Source of the DNA: Syntrophorhabdaceae bacterium
Lineage (GTDB): Bacteria > Desulfobacterota > Syntrophorhabdia > Syntrophorhabdales > Syntrophorhabdaceae
Direction of reading: 5' to 3'
Assembly: GCA_963665295.1 (NCBI GenBank)
Contig: OY762209.1
Span: 3,232,001 to 3,296,000 of the forward strand
DNA: 64,000 nucleotides
In this document: positions 58,020-64,000 of the stretch, piece by piece
Numbering within the stretch: the first letter of the stretch is position 1
Layout: each line of letters begins with the position of its first letter
Made by a program: the position numbers and the translations under genes
Notes under the pieces: generated by a model
Databases searched by the model: none
What the model was told of the DNA's origin: nothing
What the model saw: the letters and a program-made list of their open reading frames with translations, nothing else

Positions 58020-58182
58020 GTATGCGAGATGCCGTTCAGGCCATAAAAGGGAAGACGGTGTGAAACCGTCACGGACCCGCCGCCGTAACCGGGGATGAAA
58101 GCCGCGATGAAGCCACTGTTTCGCTCAAGCGAGACGGGAAGGTGCGGCGAGTAAGTTGATCCGGAAGTCGGAAGACCTTCTC
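58020..58182 (+). ncRNA. Cobalamin riboswitch 1
   Basis: AAAAGGGAAgaCGGTGtgAAaCCG, CCCGCcgCCGTAA, GCCACTG...GGGAAGG, B12 box AGTCGGAAGACCT. Confidence 0.85.
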
Positions 58183-58252
58183 GCGAACCATATATGATTT
58201 ACCCTCCGTGGTACGAGGGGAACCACTTTATGCATCGAGGATGAAAAACGGC

Positions 58253-58291
58253 ATCCCCGGACCTGACAAGCTCAGGTTCGGGGATTTTTTT
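58253..58291 (+). terminator. Intrinsic terminator (riboswitch expression platform)
   Basis: ATCCCCGGACCTGA-caagc-TCAGGTTCGGGGAT followed by a T-tract. Confidence 0.75.
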
Positions 58292-58347
58292 GTGATCCGA
58301 CGGGGAGAGTAACGACATGGTCTATCGAAAGACATAGAGGTTTATTA

Positions 58348-59166
58348 ATGATATGGGCAGCGGTGAGGGGTTCTATTGTGTTTGTTGAACGTCAATGGAT
58401 CAGATATGTGGCAGGATCGGTCCTGTTCCATGCAGTAATACTCTTGATCCCCCTACATACCGAAAAGACTCGCAGGATTGACGCGATCGAGGTAGTCATG
58501 ACGGATGAAAGCCCTTTCGTCAAGAGCGGGCGGCAGGGAGGGTCGCCGGGAAGATCAGGGCGGCATGGAAGTACCGCGAATACGAGTCGCCCCGAAAGTG
58601 CTATCGGTTCCGGTTCGAAGGCCATGCCGGTGAAGGCAAAGGATGAGTCTTCTCCGACTCCGGTGTCGAGTGTCTCCCACAATGAGACCCTTGCCGGGAA
58701 TGAAGGTCAAAGGACAGCCAAGTCATCCGAAGACGGGGTAGCCGTTGCAGCCAAAGGATCTGGCGGTTCAGGGGGAGGCGATGGAACGGTTCACGGGGAC
58801 GCACAGGGAAAAGGCGGAAGGGGCTCCGGTACAGGGGGAGGAGGCCTCGGAGGCGGATATGGTCCTGGCATCGGGGAAGCCGGATTCAATAGCCCCGCCG
58901 GGCCTCGATTCTTACACCGTGAAATCCCCGAATATCCCCTTTTGGCAAGGAGGCGCAAGAAAGAAGGCAAAGTGGTGCTGATGGTGACTATCGATGAGCA
59001 TGGCAGGCTCGTGGACGTTGAGGTGGTCGAGGCCTCGCATCCATTGTTCGTGGAGCCCTCGATAGAGGCGGTGAAGAAGTCCACGTTTCTCCCTGCCACG
59101 CGGAATGGCACACCAATAGCGGTCAGGGCCATGTTGCCCATACGGTTCAGCCTGAGGGATTCATAA
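58348..59166 (+). CDS. tonB: Energy transducer TonB
   Basis: SVLFH anchor, Gly/Ser linker, PEYP..ARR...EG.V, F.PA.RNG, PIRF.L. Confidence 0.88.
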   Translation: MIWAAVRGSIVFVERQWIRYVAGSVLFHAVILLIPLHTEKTRRIDAIEVVMTDESPFVKSGRQGGSPGRSGRHGSTANTSRPESAIGSGSKAMPVKAKDESSPTPVSSVSHNETLAGNEGQRTAKSSEDGVAVAAKGSGGSGGGDGTVHGDAQGKGGRGSGTGGGGLGGGYGPGIGEAGFNSPAGPRFLHREIPEYPLLARRRKKEGKVVLMVTIDEHGRLVDVEVVEASHPLFVEPSIEAVKKSTFLPATRNGTPIAVRAMLPIRFSLRDS

Positions 59167-59269
59167 TGCCTTACCGGAGGAGAGCTGGCGCGGGTATTTG
59201 ACAGCGGTCTGGAACAGGAAAGGAGGTGATGGAGGGTAAGACAAACATAGATACGTAGTGAGCAGACAC

Positions 59270-59448
59270 ATATGTGCGACATCATGAATGGAAGTGAGGG
59301 AAGAGGAGTGAAAAGCTCCCGCTGCCCCGCAGCCGTGAAGGGAACGAAAGCCCATGTGGTAAGCCACTGTCCCGCAAAATGCGGGATGGGAAGGCGGGTG
59401 AGTAGGCCACAGCAACGACAAATGCCCGTAAGCCGGAAGACCTGTCTC
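59270..59448 (+). ncRNA. Cobalamin riboswitch 2
   Basis: AGGGAAgaGGAGTGAAAAGCTCC, CTGCCCCGCAgCCGTGA, GCCACTG...TGGGAAGG, AGCCGGAAGACCTG. Confidence 0.85.
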
Positions 59449-59488
59449 ATTCATGAGAAAATCCAAATCATTTCCCGAGGGAGGAAAG

Positions 59489-61750
59489 ATGAAAAGACAA
59501 CACGTTTTCGCATTATTTGTATTCTATTGCTCGTTCCTTGCCTGCGCTCTATTTATTCCTGTCGCTGCCTTTGGAGACGACAAAGTTATACAGGCAGACG
59601 ACACGAAAGATACGACAAAAGCAGACGACAGAAAGAAAGTGACAAAACTGGATGAGATCGTGGTTACGGCCACGAGAACGGAAAAGGTGTTGGACGACGC
59701 CCCTGGCAGCGTTGCGGTGATTACAAAGACGGACATGGAGAAAAGAAACATACAAAACGTCGATGACGCATTGAATACCACCGCCGGGGTATATTATAGC
59801 CGGGGCAAAGATATGCTTGACACGTCACCCCGCATTACGGTGGGAGGCATAACCGGTTATCAAAGAACGCTGGTCCTGATGGACGGAGTTACCATGAACA
59901 ACCCCTATACGGGCAATGTGCTGTGGAACCTGTTTACGCCGCAGAATGTGGAGCGGATAGAAGTGGTGAAGGGGCCGTTTTCCAGTCTCTATGGAGGCTA
60001 TGCCATGGGCGGCGTGGTCAACATTATCAGCAAGATGCCGGAAAAGAGAGAATTCACCGTAAAGAGCGGATATGGGAGCGCCTGGCAACGGGGGGAAGCG
60101 CTCAATGATCTGAGAACCTATTACGCTTCCTATGGCGACAAGATTGAAAAGCTCCGGATGTTTGTCAGTTATGACAACAAATCTACCAACGGATACGTTT
60201 CGGACTTTAACGTTCAGAGCACACAGCCAACGGCAGGCATTTCAGGGTGGTCGTACACAACGGATAGAACGGGAAAGGCCGCCTATCTCATCGGCGACAA
60301 AGGAAGCAACAACATGTGGGCCGACAACGTGACGGCAAAAGTGGGGTACGACTTCACCGACGTGTCAAAAATCAGGCTCTCCTATCAAAGGTCCCGGTAT
60401 GCCTACAGTTATGATACTCCCAATACCTACCTCACTAATGCTGCGGGAACCCCTGTCTTCTCCTACGGGACAGTGAAGGAAGCTTCTTTTGTCACCTCGG
60501 GCGGAGGAGCAACAACACAGGACGTGTACAATATTGCGTATGAGACCGAGTTTTCGACCGTCAACATGAAACTCAATCTCGGCGTTGCCGATACACCAAA
60601 TGATTATTACGTAACGCCGAACAGTTCGACCGCAAAGATTTACGGAGGTCCCGGCACGAATTATTATACGCCGGCCAGGGCTTACAATGCCGACTTGCAA
60701 TTCAGCGTTCCCCTCTTTAAGAGGCACATTCTTACCTTTGGCGGGTCTTTTCGGAGCACCTGGGTAGATCAACAACAGTATGCGCTTTCGAACTGGCAGG
60801 ATGACAGATCGAAAACCGCGCTGTCTTACGAGGCAAAAGGGAAAACCAGGACCTATGCACTATTCTTTCAGGACGAGATAGCGATCCTTCAGAACCTCAC
60901 CGCCTATATCGGCGGAAGACAGGATTTTTTCGAGAGCTATGACGGGTATGTATTCCAGCAAGGCACAAGCGGCTATCCCATAAGTTACGACTCACACCGT
61001 GCCTCTTCGTTTAGCCCGAAGGCGGCTATTGTCTATAAGCCGTTCGAAGGAACAACCGTGAGGGCCTCGGCGGGGAATGCGTTCAGGCCGCCCACGGTCT
61101 ATGAGCTTTACGTGACCACCACGTCCTCCGGCATTACCTATGCGGGAAATCCGAACCTGAAGCCCGAGACTGTCTCCTCATGGGACATCGGGGCGGAGCA
61201 GGCGCTCTGGAAAGGGGCAAAGGCCAAGGTCCGCTATTTTGAGAATTTCATATCCGACATGATTTATACGAGGACCCTCTCCGCCACCTCTCAGGACAAG
61301 GTTAACGCGGGGAGCGCTGAAAGTAAGGGTATAGAAATTGAGATGGAGCAAAAATTCGATAAGTGGCTCAAGCTCTTTTCCAACATCACCTGTACAGACG
61401 CAAAAATATTGAGAAATGCAGCCAATCCTGCCTCGGAAGGGAAGAAAATGATCGCCGTGCCCGACATAATGTTCAACGTGGGCGCAGATGTTGAGAAAGG
61501 ACCCTTGGGCCTCACGGTGATCGGCCGGTATGTGAGCGGCCGGTATAATACGGATAACAACTCCGATGCGGCAACACATGTTCCCGGTGCGTACGACGCC
61601 TATTTTACGGCTGATGCAAAGGTCCGTTACAAGTTTCTCCCCTGGGCGACCGCTTCCTTCTCAGTGAACAACATTTTCAATGAACAATACTACGCGTATT
61701 ACCTGATGCCGGGAAGATCATGGTTTGCTGACTTGACCCTGAATTTTTGA
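59489..61750 (+). CDS. TonB-dependent receptor (corrinoid/tetrapyrrole, BtuB/HmuR-like)
   Basis: Signal peptide, DEIVVTATR, ERIEVVKGPFSSLYG, NPNLKPE, terminal F; downstream of a B12 riboswitch. Confidence 0.9.
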   Translation: MKRQHVFALFVFYCSFLACALFIPVAAFGDDKVIQADDTKDTTKADDRKKVTKLDEIVVTATRTEKVLDDAPGSVAVITKTDMEKRNIQNVDDALNTTAGVYYSRGKDMLDTSPRITVGGITGYQRTLVLMDGVTMNNPYTGNVLWNLFTPQNVERIEVVKGPFSSLYGGYAMGGVVNIISKMPEKREFTVKSGYGSAWQRGEALNDLRTYYASYGDKIEKLRMFVSYDNKSTNGYVSDFNVQSTQPTAGISGWSYTTDRTGKAAYLIGDKGSNNMWADNVTAKVGYDFTDVSKIRLSYQRSRYAYSYDTPNTYLTNAAGTPVFSYGTVKEASFVTSGGGATTQDVYNIAYETEFSTVNMKLNLGVADTPNDYYVTPNSSTAKIYGGPGTNYYTPARAYNADLQFSVPLFKRHILTFGGSFRSTWVDQQQYALSNWQDDRSKTALSYEAKGKTRTYALFFQDEIAILQNLTAYIGGRQDFFESYDGYVFQQGTSGYPISYDSHRASSFSPKAAIVYKPFEGTTVRASAGNAFRPPTVYELYVTTTSSGITYAGNPNLKPETVSSWDIGAEQALWKGAKAKVRYFENFISDMIYTRTLSATSQDKVNAGSAESKGIEIEMEQKFDKWLKLFSNITCTDAKILRNAANPASEGKKMIAVPDIMFNVGADVEKGPLGLTVIGRYVSGRYNTDNNSDAATHVPGAYDAYFTADAKVRYKFLPWATASFSVNNIFNEQYYAYYLMPGRSWFADLTLNF

Positions 61751-61770
61751 ATGGCACCGGAGGTGATTGG

Positions 61771-62499
61771 ATGGATCTGAATATCTTATTATGGATGGGC
61801 GGCATGCTCTTCAGTCTCAGCATATTTGCCGTTAAAGTGGGCTTGGGTCTCAGTTACGGGGAGGTAAAGAGAAAAGGGGCGTGCGTTACCCTTGGGGGGT
61901 ATATTGCGCTATTTGTGGGCGTAGCACTTTTGTCGCAAACCCTGATGCGTGTTCTTGAACCTCTTCTGAGAAAAGGTCCTTACCTCCATATCCTCATCGC
62001 CACAGGCATGATTGCATGGGGTCTCATTACTATCGGGCGACTGGGCCATGAAGGCCGGACGACCCCGCAAGCCGGGTGTTGCGATGTCGCCCCCGTATCT
62101 TCACTCCTGCTTATCGTACCCTGCCCTGTCTGTATCGCTGCCATGACATTTTCTACATGGTCTGCCCTCAATGCTGTCAAACTACCGGCAGCCCTGGTCG
62201 GATTGGGACTGGGGCTTGCCTTTGCTGCAATGACGCTCGTGGTTATGGCCTTAGCAGGATTGAGGCGGTCGGAACACCCGGAAACGGCTCTTGGTCTCAC
62301 CATGATTACGGTGGGCCTCTATTTTATCGCATCCCTTTACCTTCCCGCGAAAATAGCCGAGGCAAAAGGGATGTACGCGTCGCTCGCCACGGAAAGCAAT
62401 GGAGTAAGCACGTATCATGGCGTGGCAATCGGGGCTATTCTGCTGGCCCTCATGGGCGTCGGTTTTTTTGCAGGCAAACGCCGGGAGGTAAAACAATGA
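61771..62499 (+). CDS. DUF2162 membrane protein
   Basis: FAVKVGLGL, PCPVC; multiple TM segments. Confidence 0.8.
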   Translation: MDLNILLWMGGMLFSLSIFAVKVGLGLSYGEVKRKGACVTLGGYIALFVGVALLSQTLMRVLEPLLRKGPYLHILIATGMIAWGLITIGRLGHEGRTTPQAGCCDVAPVSSLLLIVPCPVCIAAMTFSTWSALNAVKLPAALVGLGLGLAFAAMTLVVMALAGLRRSEHPETALGLTMITVGLYFIASLYLPAKIAEAKGMYASLATESNGVSTYHGVAIGAILLALMGVGFFAGKRREVKQ

Positions 62500-63092
62500 A
62501 TATTTTTGCCGGACTCGAAACCCTTCTCTACATCATATCTTCGGCCCTCTTATTCCCCGTCGTGGCGGCTCTCACGCTGCTCACGTTCTGGGTCGTTATC
62601 TTCTTCGGGACCTTTCTTCGGGAATACCTGGAGAGGAAACAAGGACGGTCACAGGTCCTGACCCGATACAGGGGAGCCATCAGCGAGGAACTGAATGCAC
62701 CGGGAGGCGCAGTCACCATGGACATACGGCTCGAAAGGCTCCTGCAGGAGGCCGAACTGGGGCTTATCAAATCGCTCGACAGGATACGGTTTGTGATACG
62801 GGTGGGTCCTGCGCTCGGGCTCATGGGGACCCTGATTCCCATGGGCATCTCCCTTTCCTCTCTTGCCCAGGGAGACCTGCCTAAAATGGCGGGCAGCATG
62901 GTGACTGCCTTCACCACCGTTATTGTCGGCCTGGCGTGCAGCATCGCCGCCTACCTTATGTCCCTGGTAAAAGAAAAATGGGTACGGGCCGATATGCGGG
63001 AGATGGAGTACATGACGGAACTCATGGCGCGCGATAAGACACCGCAAGGCCGCGCTGCCGGCAGGGAGGACATGGACCATGCGCTTTGTTAA
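62496..63092 (+). CDS. MotA/TolQ/ExbB proton channel protein
   Basis: GPALGLMGTLIPMG, AFTTVIVGL. Confidence 0.85.
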   Translation: MNIFAGLETLLYIISSALLFPVVAALTLLTFWVVIFFGTFLREYLERKQGRSQVLTRYRGAISEELNAPGGAVTMDIRLERLLQEAELGLIKSLDRIRFVIRVGPALGLMGTLIPMGISLSSLAQGDLPKMAGSMVTAFTTVIVGLACSIAAYLMSLVKEKWVRADMREMEYMTELMARDKTPQGRAAGREDMDHALC

Positions 63093-63417
63093 ACGAAGGA
63101 GGCGATTCGACAAATACGATGAGCCTCTGGAAGACCCTATATCAGGTGTGGCGAATCTTTTTGATGCAAGCATCGTTTTTATCGTCAGCATGATGGTGGC
63201 CCTCTTCATGGCCTACAACATGATCGATCTCCTGGACCCCAAATCGGAAGTGACCATTACCAAAAAGACCGCCGATGGCAGGGTTGAGATCATCACCAAA
63301 AAGGGCAAAGAGATAAAGGCTCGGAAGGTCACGGACAAGAATCTCTCCGGTGAAGGCAAACGGCTCGGAACAGCATACCAGCTAAAAGACGGGAGGATGA
63401 TCTATGTGCCTGAATAG
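63079..63417 (+). CDS. DUF2149 protein
   Basis: DPISGVANLFD, GEG.RLGTAYQLKDG.MIYVPE. Confidence 0.88.
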   Translation: MRFVKRRRRFDKYDEPLEDPISGVANLFDASIVFIVSMMVALFMAYNMIDLLDPKSEVTITKKTADGRVEIITKKGKEIKARKVTDKNLSGEGKRLGTAYQLKDGRMIYVPE

Positions 63418-64000
63418 GGCCTGGTTTCGCTATTCGAAGCTCACGTGGGCGGCAGTCTCCTCGTGCATCACGATATCCTTCTTTTTGTTTGCCCTTTCCG
63501 CACAAGCTGCGCCATTTAAAATAACCCTGTTTCCGGGCGACACCCATACCGTCACCTCTCTCGCGGCTGCCAAGTCTTTGAAAGAAGAGATGGACCGTCA
63601 AGGAATAAGGGCGATTTCCGGGCAGAAATATGATGGGATTTCCATTCATGCCTATCCCACCCAGGGTATTCAAAAAAGAGACCTTCAGCACCTCCGGGAA
63701 TCACGACTTGCCTTCATTCGCGTGGGAGAGCGGCAAGTTGTCGAGACGGTCAAATCGGAAATAGCCGGGATTATTGAGCGCGGCGGCAAAGTCTATGCGC
63801 TGGGAGGGGAATATACCGCGGAGCATCAGCAGATGGGTATCATTCAGGACGAAAAGATAAATGCCTATTTTCGGACAAGGACCCCGGAGAACCTCAAGAA
63901 TATGATCCTCTATGCCCTGAATAGAGAGTTTGCTTTCCAGATGTCTTACGGTGGACCCGTCGATCTTCCGGACTTCGGAATATACGAGCCCACGACCGGC
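63404..64000 (+). CDS. cobN: CobN-like chelatase with signal peptide, 5' part (runs off the window; not in the ORF track)
   Basis: Open frame from ATG 63404: MCLNRAW..FALSAQA..AYF....ENLKNMILYAL..P.DLPDFGIYEP; follows DUF2149. Confidence 0.7.
   Translation, partial: MCLNRAWFRYSKLTWAAVSSCITISFFLFALSAQAAPFKITLFPGDTHTVTSLAAAKSLKEEMDRQGIRAISGQKYDGISIHAYPTQGIQKRDLQHLRESRLAFIRVGERQVVETVKSEIAGIIERGGKVYALGGEYTAEHQQMGIIQDEKINAYFRTRTPENLKNMILYALNREFAFQMSYGGPVDLPDFGIYEPTTG

Noticed and set aside
1..64000. CRISPR array, rRNA, intact IS/transposase or relaxase
   Set aside because: No regularly spaced repeats or diagnostic motifs were seen.

Overview
This is a 64 kb accessory region, probably integrated, from an anaerobic bacterium; the gene content suggests Desulfobacterota/Syntrophorhabdus-like, but the taxonomy is inference only. 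The left end holds the 3' part of a type I restriction HsdR, a tyrosine-integrase remnant, a 42-bp 3' fragment of tRNA-Arg(ACG) that looks like an att site, HigA and VapBC toxin-antitoxin genes, and radC-ardC. The middle is a long metal/cofactor cargo: an 'orange protein' (ORP)-type cluster with five NifX-like domains and an OrpR-like sigma54 activator; a selenium operon (yedE, yedF-like, DUF3343, kinase-fold gene, decayed selD); a selenocysteine MvhD plus a Cys paralog; yqeB-xdhC; a xanthine-oxidase-family Mo enzyme resembling 4-hydroxybenzoyl-CoA reductase; moaA, moaC and modA; a CoA-disulfide reductase-rhodanese; an orphan NHLP peptide; and Zn-uptake genes. The right end has a btuC-type permease split by an ~8 kb insert (czcBAC-type RND efflux plus a Fur-family regulator), then two cobalamin riboswitches controlling tonB and a TonB receptor-DUF2162-ExbB-DUF2149-cobN operon. 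The main signals missing from the ORF track are: (1) a ~275-bp structured repeat present twice, 46 kb apart, each directly upstream of known or candidate anti-defence genes, with wobble pairs favouring the template strand (candidate ssDNA promoter); (2) the UGA-recoded MvhD and a hidden selD pseudogene; (3) two CxxC...RAPP/RGPP leader ORFs in front of metal transporters; (4) an NHLP precursor ending in CxxCH. Everything was read by eye; no database searches were run.
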